DNA of 43,047 bases. Origin: Collodictyon triciliatum (Eukaryota). Where the stretch lies: positions 1 through 43,047 of the forward strand of contig JBHJMP010000852.1 of assembly GCA_043381765.1 (NCBI GenBank), read 5' to 3'. Positions 16,159-36,135 of this stretch are shown here, one piece after another; the first letter of the stretch is position 1; each line of letters begins with the position of its first letter. The translations under genes were made by a program, and so were the position numbers. The notes under the pieces were generated by a model that worked only from the letters and a program-made list of their open reading frames with translations, was not told the origin of the DNA and searched no databases.

Positions 16159-19100
16159 CAAAATGAGGGAAATGAGATAAGAAAGAGAGCAGCCTTTGGT
16201 CGAAGTTAAAATGATGAAGGAGACGCACAATCATCACCATCCCGAGCTCAGATCTACACGTGCTGATTGCCATGTCTTGGTTCGTGCGAGCGGGGTTGGA
16301 CCCTTTGTCGTATATGTTGTATGTAGTGCGCCGAAGATTTCCCCTGTCGAGAACAAGTTTTGCCGAATATAATAGAAGGAGGAGATAAAAAAAAGCCAAA
16401 TCAATTAACTTAACCTGTGTGTAAATGTATCTTTAATACATATATATGGTCTGCTGGCTCTTCTCTTTTAATTGACTAATTTTTTTTAATGGCATTCACA
16501 GCACACCTACCGAAGCTTTCCCAAATAATTGGGGTGTTTTCGTCGAACATAATTGTTGGTGAGAATAACAGCAAAGTTTGACGTCCTGCTGTTTATCTAT
16601 TTGTGATAAAAAAAAATAATGAATGAAACGACATCCTGTGGTAGAAAAACAGACATACCGAAAATAAAAATATAAGGAGGTAAAACTGCTTGCAATGGTC
16701 ACCTTTTTAAAAGCGGTCAGAAGATACTTGTTGTTTACTTCATCATACAAAGTATACGCCGTATGCCCATCGATTTTTTGTTTTCGAATAGTACATTCGA
16801 AAAGGGTGTTTGGTCCCGGTCTATTAAGATTTTATGAGAATCACAACCAGAGTAAAATGAGTTCTGTGTATGCATCAGAGGAGTGGAGACATTTCAGTAC
16901 AATTCAAACTGGGAATGTTCACGCTACACTTTGAATCGAATAAAGGAAAAAAAAAACTGGGAATGTTCTGCTCATAAACCAAACAAAATTACATTAATCG
17001 TGCACACAATCTACAAAATATTAGAGAATGATATGAATCATGGCGATATATATATAAAGGGAACATGATTATTTCAAAATGAAACCTCATAACGAATTCC
17101 TTCAGTTGCTCAATGTCAAATGCGAGTGCATTTTGGAAGCGAATAGCTTCTTGCTGAGCCAATCCGAATCCACCTTGGACTTGCAGCGAGAGAGGACGCG
17201 AGCTCCCGGGAGACCTCTCTTGTCCCAAAACACCTTCCGATGACTGTGGATGAAAGCCCACACCGGAACCGACTTGAGTGTTTTCCATTTGGCGCGGCTT
17301 CCTTGTTAATGGGTTTATATTTGTTTGTGTTTCCGCGATTTCCCCTTGTGGGATTTCAACAACTTCGGTGCCTGTGTTGCTCTGCAATTGAACGACATCG
17401 AGTGATGGAACTGATATCGGCTCCGGAACTGGGATTGAGACTGGTTCAAGATGTAATTCTGTGCCATGACTATCATTAGCGCTTGAGTGGACAAGAGCTT
17501 CTGTCGGCAGTTTTTCGCCTTCCTCGTAAACCTCATTTTCGATCTGATTGCACACGTGATATATATTTAAAGCATGAATATCATTCATTTGGTGTACGAA
17601 CTGATCAAAGAAACTTGATGGAAAGTATAAAAAAGTTTAAATAAAATAGTCCTTTTTTTTTGGATAATATCGACATACTTTCTGGTTTGTTTCGGCCTCA
17701 GTGGCTGTCTGATTAGCTGCTTGTTTCTCTTGATTATGGATGCGTGATGGAGGACGCGGACTAAAATCGTCTGAGTCAGTAAGAACTCCAGTCGGATGTG
17801 AGTGTGGTCTATGCTCGCCTTCCACAGGTTTGGTAGGGGACTTTGGCTCATGTTTCTGAGCATTTTCTTTCTTTTCGTGATTATTCTGGTTTCCCGAATT
17901 CGAGTTGAGGAAGGATAAGGGCGGGACGTTCGAGTAAGGATTCCGGAGAGGAAAGAAATCCTCTCTCTGAACAGACTCTCTCGCAGAAGTTGGTGGAGGA
18001 GGCAATGAATCCCTGGGCGAAGCTATTGTGGTTGAAGTCACCTTTGATGGAGGGTAGGGGGATAGTGCAGATTGATTCTGATGTGCTATTGACGAATACT
18101 GCACAGGTCGCGAGTTTCCTGGTGAAACAAACCCACTGGGAAGGCTGCTTATCGGTACTGCGGCAGGCGCTTGAGTGTAGATTGCACGCGGAGCCGTCTC
18201 TGCATTTACTGATGAGCCCGTGTGCAAGTTTGACGGACGCGCAAGAGAAACATATGAGACAGGCTGGTAGCTGCGAGGCGTTGGCGCCTGTGATGAGTGG
18301 ATGATAAGCGGAGGAGAAAACGGGCGGGTCTCGGTGGTATGATGCGCGTAAGTGCGAGGATTGTGTCCAACCGACGAGGCAGCAGACGACTGAGTCAGGG
18401 TTGCAAAGGACCGGGCCGTGGCCGTGGTGATTGTGGATTGCGTGGCCGAGTACTGGGAGGAAGAAGCGGTCAAGGGAGACGAGTACGCAACCGGGCGAGT
18501 GTTGTGTGGAGACGTGAATGACAGGCGCGGAGTGGCTGATACCATTATTGCACTGGCATTTGTCGGAGCCGCAAGTCTTGCACATTCAGGGAAGTTTGAG
18601 GACTTGGCAAAGTCCGCCGCTGTTTGTCCACGTGAGTCACGGATGGCCGGATTGGCTCCGTGGCTGAGAAGCAGTGTCACTGTTTTCTCAAAGCCGCCCG
18701 CGCAGGCCAAATGCAGTGGGGTTCGGCCTGTGTTGTCGGGCTCGTTCACAGAGACCTTGTGGGAAAGTAGCGCCTTGCAAATCAGGTCGAAGCCGTATTC
18801 AGATGCGATGTGCAGAGGACTGAGGCCGTGGCTGTCGTGCAAGTCTGTGCGAGAACCCATCTTGAGGAGCAGGTCCACAAGAAAAAGGTCATTTGCGCGT
18901 GTGGCGTGGTGGATTGCTGTGCTCTTTGTGTCATCTACTGCGTCAATCAAAGCTCCGCGGTCTTTGAGGAGTGCGCAGACTTCGCCGCTGGTGCCGCGGA
19001 CGGCGTGGTGGAATGGAGTGAACCCGCCATAGCCTGGTGTGTTTGCATCGGCTCCGTGCGATAACAGGGCTTGGCTGGCTTCCAGATATCCAGAGTAGGC

Positions 19101-19893
19101 GGCCTGTTGCGAGCATAGGTGGTTGAGGGAGATTTTGAAAAGCGCGTTTAAACCTCATGTTTAGGATATATACTGTTTTTATTTAGAATGGCAAAAAAAA
19201 AAATAATAATTATCATTCGATTTTTATGTTATTGAATATGTAGATGATTTATTTTCAGTCATGCTACTATATTGATTTGGATTATTTTAAAATAATAACA
19301 ATAAATAAATAAATAAAAAGAGTTCTCGCCCTTAGTGATTGGTTGTATCAATAGACATCAACCGTCTCCTACCAAGTGAAGAGGTGTATCCCCGAATTCA
19401 TTCGTGCAGTTCGGATCAGCGCCATTCTCCAAAAGCTTCTGGATGAGTGAAAGGGCATTTGTTTTCGTGGCAAAGTGGAGAGTGGAGTTTTTCCTCTCGC
19501 CAACGTGGTTTTTGAATCCTCGCTCTTCTAGAACGTCTTGTGCAGCCTTGATATCACCGTCCAGGATGAACTGATGAACTCTGCCAAAAAAATATGTCAA
19601 AAATCATGAATGTAGCTAAGAAAAAAATAAAGTGAGTGGATATGGCTTCCAAAGGAAATGGGAAAGAAGGAAGAGTGTGGACTTTATGCTTTTTGTTAAG
19701 CAGGTGGTCTTACGAAAGTATCTTCAAATATACCTGGTATTAAAGAAAGAAAGAAAAGAAAAGAAAAGAAAGAAAAGAAAGAAAAGAAAGAAAAGAAAAT
19801 AAATGATGTGTTTTGCTTTCTCACAAAAAGATCACCAAACCTGCGGACATAAACATCGTCCTGTCCAACTGGAGCTTTTTGACGCTGACTCAT
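15181..19893 (-). CDS. Ankyrin-repeat + Ser/Pro/Thr-rich linker + C-terminal Tubby domain protein (about 10 exons)
   Basis: Ankyrin repeats (STLHFA, GDTPLHLAA, GFTPFHHA, STAIHHA, GLSPLHIA, GRTPLHLAC) splice in phase through the linker exons into Tubby motifs: RPGPNTLFECTIRK, YLGKLRGN, YNIYDKGSNP, RSELG, KAPRNMTVLIP, HNFYGRPRVPSNRNFQL, LQVGR..YGMDFMYPMSAFQAFCSAIATLD*. Confidence 0.85.
16066..16155. repeat. (AG)n microsatellite, intronic
   Basis: Direct reading. Confidence 0.95.
16921..16953 (+). mobile_element. Ultra-short retroposed element with poly(A) tail and 15-bp target-site duplication
   Basis: AAACTGGGAATGTTC(16906-16920)-acgctacACTTTGAATCGAATAAAGG-A(n)-AAACTGGGAATGTTC(16954-16968); same core at 35286-35311 and 41035-41059. 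Confidence 0.8.
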
Positions 19894-20357
19894 TTGTCTG
19901 TCCCTAACGATGCTTCTAGCAAAGTGCGCTATGATATTTTTTTTTTAAAAAAAAAAAAAAAGAAAAGAAGATTGTCTGCCTGTCTGTCTGTCACCATTTA
20001 AAAGGCCGTCTGACACTCTCTCTTCCAAACTTCCTCTCACAAACACAACAAGCACTGACCGATCGTGAGCAGACAAGCGAATCTACCACAAACACACAAA
20101 AAGGGACTCGAACGTGCCGAGTTTAACATGTCATATTTGTACATTCAGCTCTTCGTCTCCAGAAAAGGTATGGACAGACAGGAGGCTGTCGGTTCTGTGA
20201 GGCGGTGAGTCGAATCGCGGATTGCGCTCCATAGAATGACCCCAAAGTGTTTCTTTTTCCAGCTTGGTGAGATGGAAGGTGATGGGATGTGTGTGATGGA
20301 GAGTCTTTGTAGGTGGATTGTCGCGTTTAAGAGGTTTATTAATAGAGTTTTGGCGGA

Positions 20358-22236
20358 TTACAATTCGGTCACTTCTCCGTTGCTCCATCGGCAAACCAAT
20401 TTGATTTTGAACTCTGCCATCTTGACTCCAAAGAGCTCCTTCATGGGTACAAGAAAATTGTGATTAAAGGAATATGGAATGCAACGCGTCATTCAAGCCT
20501 TGAACATTTCTATACCTTCTCTGGGATGATAGTTTGTGGCAGAATAAAAAAAAAAAAGTGATATGATTTAGAAAGGGGAAAGGAGGAATATGAGGCTGGC
20601 ATGTCTATTTACCAATAGTCTGGCTTGGTCTGCTGTCAGGACGGTTCCGGGTTGGCACACTTCGTATAAATAATCGCAATGCACAACCCCTTGTAAATAA
20701 TGACGATGATATTTGCGAAGATGTTTTCAAATTAGTTTATGATTCTTGCATATAAATCAGCTATTGCTTGAGAAAGAAGGGACGAAAGGTATCTTTTATT
20801 TACAAAAAAAAAAAAAGCAACAGATAAGAATAAAGATAGGCTACCTGATTTGAGAGATGAAGGGAGCCCAAGCTTGCGGAGATGGGGTTCGATTGAGTGG
20901 CCAAACTGAGGAAGAGGTCCGGCTTCGACTGCAAAGCGTTCAGTGGCTTGGAATCCACAGCGAGCAAAGTCCATTTCAGAGTACTCATCAAAGAACCTTA
21001 AATGAGAAAATAAGCGTTTATGGTCCGGCTTGGTTTGGTTCCGAGCAAAGCAGAGGTTCTTTGAAAGAACGACAAGAGTTGGACTGCAAGATATAAGCAT
21101 TCAAATTATCAAGAACNNNNNNNNNNNNNNNNNNNNNNNNNNNNNNNNNNNNNNNNNNNNNNNNNNNNNNNNNNNNNNNNNNNNNNNNNNNNNNNNNNNN
21201 NNNNNNNNNNNNNNNNNNNNNNNNNNNNNNNNNNNNNNNNNNNNNNNNNNNNNNNNNNNNNNNNNNNNNNNNNNNNNNNNNNNNNNNNNNNNNNNNNNNN
21301 NNNNNNNNNNNNNNNNNNNNNNNNNNNNNNNNNNNNNNNNNNNNNNNNNNNNNNNNNNNNNNNNNNNNNNNNNNNNNNNNNNNNNNNNNNNNNNNNNNNN
21401 NNNNNNNNNNNNNNNNNNNNNNNNNNNNNNNNNNNNNNNNNNNNNNNNNNNNNNNNNNNNNNNNNNNNNNNNNNNNNNNNNNNNNNNNNNNNNNNNNNNN
21501 NNNNNNNNNNNNNNNNNNNNNNNNNNNNNNNNNNNNNNNNNNNNNNNNNNNNNNNNNNNNNNNNNNNNNNNNNNNNNNNNNNNNNNNNNNNNNNNNNNNN
21601 NNNNNNNNNNNNNNNNNNNNNNNNNNNNNNNNNNNNNNNNNNNNNNNNNNNNNNNNNNNNNNNNNNNNNNNNNNNNNNNNNNNNNNNNNNNNNNNNNNNN
21701 NNNNNNNNNNNNNNNNNNNNNNNNNNNNNNNNNNNNNNNNNNNNNNNNNNTAAAGTTGCATAATCGAAGCGAAAGAAATATAGGCTATTACTTGCTGGAC
21801 GAAAACTTTTGTCTGATGTCCTTCAAAAATATGTTTCGCATATTTTCAAAACGGAAGACATAGATCTGAGAGAATCGATCGGCAGCCTCGCGGACGTTGT
21901 GGAGAAATTCCTCCTTGTGTTCGCGTCCCTTCGTCTCGGTCTTTGTCAAGGCAACTGGTTTCAAAAAGTAGTTTTTATTTATTTATTTTTTGTTGTTAGC
22001 TTTGTTTTTTGTTTTTTGTTTTTTGTTTTTTGTTTTTTGTTTTTTGTTTTTTGTTTTTTGTTTTTTGTTTTTTGTTTTTTGTTTTTTGTTTTTTGTTTTT
22101 TGGTTGCTAGTTTTGCAATATGCATGCACACATATGCCCTGGTATTTTCAAAGTATGTTGTGTGCCCTAGGTGCGCTTTAAGAAAAAAAAATGGGAAGAA
22201 GAACCAACCAACTCTGTTTTTTTTGGACTTTGGCAT
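20358..22236 (-). CDS. MRT4: mRNA turnover protein 4 (MRT4/MRTO4), 60S biogenesis factor; middle exon(s) lost in the gap
   Basis: MPKSKKNRV|VALTKTETKG..IYVFRFENMRNIFLKDIR, DFARCGFQAT, FGHSIEPHLRKLGLPSSLKSG, VCQPGTVLTADQARLL|ELFGVKMAEFKI; TAA stop at 20358-20360. Confidence 0.92.
21117..21750. other. Assembly gap (634 N)
   Basis: Run of N. Confidence 1.
22001..22102. repeat. (TTTTTTG)n repeat in MRT4 intron 1
   Basis: Direct reading. Confidence 0.95.
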
Positions 22237-23775
22237 TTTTGCTGAGCAGTCGTTTTGAGGCTTTTTTTTTTCTTCGGTGCTTCTGGTTGGCTATTTGAAA
22301 GTTAGAAGATGGGGGCAACACAGGGTTTTGTTTCTGGGTGTTAAGACAGAAAAAGTGAAGGTTCTTTCAGGTCAAAGTCGTCGAATGTCCGAGTCTCTCA
22401 CTGCCAGGTTGGAGGTTTGTTCGGGCGATCACGCGAGGTAGACTCACTGTAAAGACACAGCAGATCCAGAGTGGTTCTTTGTGAGGACAGCCGCAAAGCC
22501 CACAGATTATTGTTGCGTGCTACTCGCAACAGAGATGCAGGTTATATTATGTATCCAGAATTGGGATTGTGACCACAGCATAAAGGAATGGGCGTGTTGG
22601 ATTTAATATGATATATAAATATTGTATAACTGCTAAAATATATCAGCATTACATTAAATTTTGTGATTTAAAGCAAATTTATGTAATAGTATTTTTATTC
22701 CAGATCATTATATTAATGGTAATTTATATACGATATATTTTCTATCATACTAAATACAAATGAGGATTTCCTGAAGGAGCCGATGACGACGAAACAGGTG
22801 AAGTAGATACAAAGACACATCTATATGTGGACACAAAGATCAAAAATGTATATGAAGAAAGACATATTCTTTTGTGGAATAAATAATAATCCTCATTTGA
22901 ACTATTAGACCATAAATGGACTTTGAATTCAATTCTGGAAACTCTTTTTGTCTACTTAGTCCATTTAAGGAACAGAAGCAACTTGTAGTGCATTTCTATT
23001 ATAGGATTTATGTTCCATACAAAGAATAAAGGTTCATTTATAGAAGTATCTTATTCTGTTTTGGCGAAGTCTTTTGCAAAACGGTACGCCAAATATATTG
23101 AATAAGACTTATTATGGGTCAAATGCAAAGGATGGGCGCAGATTAGGAAGTAGATGATGAAACAAGATTATTGCTTTTCCGTCCAATTTCCAATATTCCG
23201 CAAAAGGCACCTCAGACAAATATACAGAATATTCACTTAAATAGGGTTTTCCTATTGAAATAAAGCTGTGCTGTTGTTCTTTTGTATGAATTCAATGAAT
23301 AGTTAGATTGGTTCCGAAATGGCCATATCGTAGCAGCTCCTAATGTGGATTTCTATTCGCAGAAATTCGCAGGAAAAGGATGCAGGTATGGGAAAACAAG
23401 CGGTGACACAAGCTCCCAAACATGGCACCTGATTTTGGATTCTCTGCCCGTGTGGTTGAGAAAGAGAGAAAAAAAGAATTTCAGAGGAATTCAAACAAAT
23501 AGCCAAAGGAAAAAAAGCCGAAAAAAATCTCGACAAGAAACTATGAAATTCGGTCAGAATTCTGGAAATCGTGTTTTATTCTCCAAGCAACACAAACGAA
23601 ATAACGTGGAAACCAAAGACGAAAGACAAAGCCCAAGACAGAATTCTGGCGTAATACATATCATCTGCCATCAGAAATTCTGCGGAAAACAATCGAGTCG
23701 ATCTATATAATCAATGCATGAGAGGTGGCAGATTGTTGGCATCCATGTGAGTGACATCAATGCCGCGTTCGCAGC

Positions 23776-24822
23776 ATGACGGAAGAAGGAACAGTCCGCC
23801 AAAACCAAGACGCGTGTGGATGTGCATGCATGCATGTATATAAATCTCGAAGCACGACATCCGGTAGAGAGAGCGAGAGAGAGAGAGTGAGAAGCCTGCG
23901 CATATGCCACCAAACATGTGTGTCTCGCAGCATTGAGAAGCAACATGGGCGGCCAGTAAATCACCGAGAGAGATGTATTGATATATATATTGAGAGACTG
24001 ACTCACCAAGATCACCCAAGACCCAGCACAGTACAACGCAACACAACACAACACAAGACCATGGCCATGACCGCAGCACACGCGCTGATCCCAACGTCGA
24101 TGCAGATTTCGCTGCGGCAGCTCGACCGAATCGCCGCACCCTTCCGGCTGTCGACCCTGACGCTGGCCGTGCCGCCAGCAGCGTCTGCAGAGTCTCCAGG
24201 GAGCGGCACAACCGCAAGCACACAGCAGCCACCCGAGCCACAGACACAACCACAGGGACAGCCACAGCCACAGCCACAGGGACAGCCACAGTCGCGCAAC
24301 AAGCCGCGGTTCTGGACGGAGGCGGAGGACCGAGGGCTGTGGCGGGCGGTGGAGCGGCACGGGGAGCGGGGGTGGGGGGCGATTGCGGAGGCGGTGGGCG
24401 GGGGGCGGAGTGCGGACCAGTGCAGCCAGCGGTGGCACCGTGTGCTTGCGCCCGCCATCCGCCGCACGGAGTGGACGCCCGCGGAGGACGCTGCGCTCGG
24501 GGCGGCCGTGGCTGCGCTGGGGCCGTCGGCGTGGCGGGACGTTGCGCGCCGCGTGCCCGGCCGCACGGATCAGCAGTGCCGCGCCCGCCACCGCCTGCTG
24601 CGCTCCCACCGCGGGCCCCACCCGAAGCGCGCCGCCCACGCCCGCAGGGACTACGTGGACCGCGTCGTTGCCGGCCGCGCACACGAGCCCATCCTCGTCT
24701 GGCACCTGCGCTCCACCCTGCAGCCACAGCCACAGCCACAGCCACAGCAACCGCCACAGCCACAGCTGCAACCATTGCCACAGCCAGACCCTCGCATGTC
24801 TCTCCGCCACATCCTCAATTAG
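23776..24822 (+). CDS. Intronless two-repeat (R2R3-type) Myb transcription factor with Pro/Gln-rich tracts
   Basis: FWTEAEDRGLWRAVERHGERGWGAIAEAVGGGRSADQCSQRW and EWTPAEDAALGAAVAALGPSAWRDVARRVPGRTDQQCRARH. The real start may be the ATG at 24061, where the GC-rich sequence begins. Confidence 0.9.
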   Translation: MTEEGTVRQNQDACGCACMHVYKSRSTTSGRESERERVRSLRICHQTCVSRSIEKQHGRPVNHRERCIDIYIERLTHQDHPRPSTVQRNTTQHKTMAMTAAHALIPTSMQISLRQLDRIAAPFRLSTLTLAVPPAASAESPGSGTTASTQQPPEPQTQPQGQPQPQPQGQPQSRNKPRFWTEAEDRGLWRAVERHGERGWGAIAEAVGGGRSADQCSQRWHRVLAPAIRRTEWTPAEDAALGAAVAALGPSAWRDVARRVPGRTDQQCRARHRLLRSHRGPHPKRAAHARRDYVDRVVAGRAHEPILVWHLRSTLQPQPQPQPQQPPQPQLQPLPQPDPRMSLRHILN

Positions 24823-24942
24823 ACCCCTCCCTCTGCCTCCCTTCCCTTCTCCTTCTCCCTCTCGGTCGCTGCACATAAACACATCATCAGCCACATTGAC
24901 TGCCACAGCAACCGCCACAGCAACCGCCACAGCCACAGCCAC

Positions 24943-27608
<2,666 letters not shown>

Positions 27609-28386
27609 ACAAAATGGAAAGAAAACGATTTATTTTCCTCATTCAAATCCTTCTTTTTGTTTTTTCATTTTAAAATCTTAACCTTTCTTTTGTCCCTTAG
27701 CGACATACTAACAACGCCTACAAAACGAAACGATATGGAGCTGCCTGCCCACACCTAGTTCCCGCAAAACGCAGACCAGAATCGGGGTAATCAGCCTGGT
27801 CCAACGAATTCTTCTAAATGTGGACAATCTGAACGTTAGTCTAAATCACTTCCCGTCAATGCGTCGATTTCTTTGGTTTATTCACTCGCATCGCTGCCTG
27901 AGATTTCTGCCGCTGAGCCCGAACGCGCAGTGCAGCGGATAGATGTGAAAAAGCACTCGTGACACAGGCCAATGACGAAAACCAAATCATGCGTAGAAGA
28001 GCTGATTGCATCAAAACGCTTTTTTCTTTTTTTTACTCTTTCCCTCCGTTCGTTCGTTCGTTCGTTCGTTCGTTCGTTCGTTCGTTCGTTCATGGATCTT
28101 TAGCTTCTTAAGTTCCTTTTTGTTGTTTTGTTGTTTTGTTTCTTAGTTTCTTTGTTTCTTTGTTTCTTTGTTTCTTTGTTTCTTTGTTGGTTTGTTTCTT
28201 CATCATTTCAAATGAGTCCGTGAGCGACATTCTTTTACAGCTGGTGGGCTTTATTTGCGTGATCGAACAAACGCCGCCAGCCACGTCCCAGACTCTAACG
28301 AAATCGCTGGGTGGGAATCGGGACTGCCCTTCGATCCACTTCACCTTTTCAAGAATGAACAGCTCCAATCCTTTCTCATCACTCTT

Positions 28387-28486
<100 letters not shown>

Positions 28487-28723
28487 ATAAGTCACCGGGC
28501 TTAAGAAGAAACCGATCGAGTCAACAAAACCTCATTTCTTTGCTGCGTCTACTTTGGTAGACTCGTTCCTTTTGTCATCCTTATGTGTTGTGCTTTTATT
28601 GATTGACAACACACGCAAATAAATCCATATGATGTGTAAAGAATGAGCAGAACTGTCTCAACAGTTTCTGACTATCATACCAGCTGATCATTTTTGTGCT
28701 TGCAGAAAAGAGCTCAGAAGAGA

Positions 28724-30772
<2,049 letters not shown>

Positions 30773-31250
30773 GTCAATATCTGGCGGGTGCTGTGCCTTC
30801 TGATTTTCCCCCTTTCTTACCCTCCCTATGCCTTATTTTTAATTTCCGCATCAATCGTTTCCTATTCTCCTTTCTTTTTCCACACATATCACTCGAGTTT
30901 AGTCGGGTCGCATGGGAAGTCTCCGACATTCTTTATTCTTTTTTTTTTATTTCTTGCTAGTCCATCATTACGGGGTTGTGAATCTGAGAAACGGAGACAT
31001 ACCCAACAACATATTTCGCATCTTTTTCTCTGGCTGCATGCACTAAACCTGCATTTGAGGAGAGAAACGGCCCTATGTGTTTGCGTTGTCAGACTATTCT
31101 GATATTTGACTTTTTTTTTTCTTGCGATACGTATCAGACCCTGCCAGCCCTATCATAAAAAAAAAACCCTCAATATTTCTTTCCTTTAAACCAACTCTAT
31201 GAATTTGATAAATTATAGTGAGCACATCTCCTACAATTTTTGTTGTACTC

Positions 31251-31283
31251 TTGTTTTGTTTTTGTTTTTGTTTTTGTTTTTGT

Positions 31284-31331
<48 letters not shown>
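31251..31331. repeat. (TTTTTG)n/(TTTTG)n repeat
   Basis: Direct reading. Confidence 0.9.
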
Positions 31332-31732
31332 CAAATAAATGAGCATGGACAATACTCGATGAATTGGAATTTTTGCCTTGGGCGGTTGGCATTGGCAAGT
31401 CGGTATAGATAAAAGCAAATAAATCAGTTTGATTATTTTTTCTTTTCTTTCTTTTTTTTAAAAAAAAATCTACAATTGCTTGGGCATATGCCTCCTTTCA
31501 GGAATCCATGACGCCATGTATTTATATCATGGACACAGCCGACATCATGTTTTTCTCTCAACTTTACGCAATATTACTGTCATTAGCTGAATTAACCATC
31601 AAGAAAAAGAAAGGACTTCACAGAGGATCCAAAATATTGGTCATTCGGGAAACTGTCCCAGTCAGCATGATTTAATACTTAAGCTACTAACTGTCTGAGA
31701 AATCACAGACGGCCATGTACCTCAGGCTGAAT

Positions 31733-34762
<3,030 letters not shown>

Positions 34763-35285
34763 TTCTGCAGTGGATTGATAGTCCTTTAGCCATATGATTA
34801 GCACGGGATAAGTTAAAAGATAATTCGCTCACTCGAAAGAAACTTTGAAGATACCGAAATGGTTCTGTTTTTTTTCCAACTGTGTTAGTGACCTTAGCAT
34901 GACACATTGAGTCTGTAAAAATGGAAAGCAAGGAGGCACAATGATTCATTGTCAAAGTCGAATACCACACCTCTGGGGTTCCTTCAAAATACCCATTTTC
35001 TTGCACAAGGGTTGTTTGTGTTTGTTCGATTGCGATCTATGGCGCTTATTTCCTTGGGTGTCAAGCGTCAGAAGAAATGAATGTTGGTAATCATACCATA
35101 TCTAGACAAAGCGCACAGCAAAGGAGTTTGAGCCGCTTCCACCGTTCTTCATGGCGATATGAATGTGGTTGCTGATGTAGAACTAATGTTGAATTACTGA
35201 TATTGGATTTTATAGAATCAGTATTTATAAATTTTGTTAATAATTCTCAGATGAATTTTTACATTATTATATTAACTAAAGAATT

Positions 35286-35311
35286 TTTTTTTCCTTTATT
35301 CGATTCAAAGT
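35286..35311 (-). mobile_element. Ultra-short retroposed element with poly(A) tail and 14-bp target-site duplication
   Basis: TTAACTAAAGAATT(35272-35285)-T(n)CCTTTATTCGATTCAAAGT-TTAACTAAAGAATT(35312-35325). Confidence 0.8.
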
Positions 35312-35965
35312 TTAACTAAAGAATTATAAAATAGGTATGTACAATTAAAATCTGAGGTGGCTGATATTCAAAAAGACGAGCGTTGAAAAAATCGGCCATA
35401 CTTCTACATTTGGGAAGACGACATGGAAGCAACGAAGTAGTTCAATTCTATTGTGTGGCTGAAAGAGGATTTCCACAATAAGATAAGTGAAATCGAACTG
35501 TATATGGTAAACAATTATATGACGCCATCATGGAAGCAAGAAATTTTTCCTTTTCCGAATGGACAGCGGGTTGAGAACAACAAGCAAACTACAAGAAACT
35601 GAAACACGAATGATTGGCAAATGATTGACAAATGATCAAAAACCGTGTTTATTTTCTGTTCAAACAACCACTTTTCTCTTTCTCTTTCGTTTTTTACACA
35701 AATATATATATATTATATTACGCGCAGATAAAACTAACGATTGCAGTCTTCCCTCTCACCATCACCCCAATGCCGCGTAAAACGAAGGCGGCCCGCACAA
35801 CATCTTCCTTCCCTTTCGCCCACTCCGTTTTCCTCTTCTCCAACACCTCAACCAAACCACCAACGAATCCAGCAAACACACCAACGCATATAACTCCACC
35901 CACCACCATCCACTAGAAAACGCCAAACAACGATATCGCAAACACCATCCCATCCCATCCCACCC

Positions 35966-36110
35966 CACACAAACACAAACACAAACACAAACACAAACAC
36001 AAACACAAACACAAACACAAAGACAAAGACAAACACAAACACAAAGACAAACACAAAGACAAACACAAAGACAAACACAAAGACAAACACAAAGACAAAC
36101 GCAAACACAA
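35966..36110. repeat. (ACAAAC)n/(ACAAAG)n repeat immediately upstream of the HMG gene
   Basis: Direct reading. Confidence 0.9.
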
Positions 36111-36135
36111 CAAACCGACCAACGAAGCAGCCAAG

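Noticed and set aside
20100-20120. B-box-like GTTCGAGTCC on the minus strand
   Set aside because: No cloverleaf or A-box found around it.
21018-21863. ORFs spanning the N run
   Set aside because: Artefacts of the assembly gap.
27969-28008. ATGACGA...CTGA with a short terminal stem (C/D snoRNA- or SECIS-like)
   Set aside because: Only about 40 nt, with an imperfect C box and no supporting stem.
31366-31400. Sm-site-like AATTTTTG followed by a possible hairpin
   Set aside because: No recognisable snRNA core sequence upstream.
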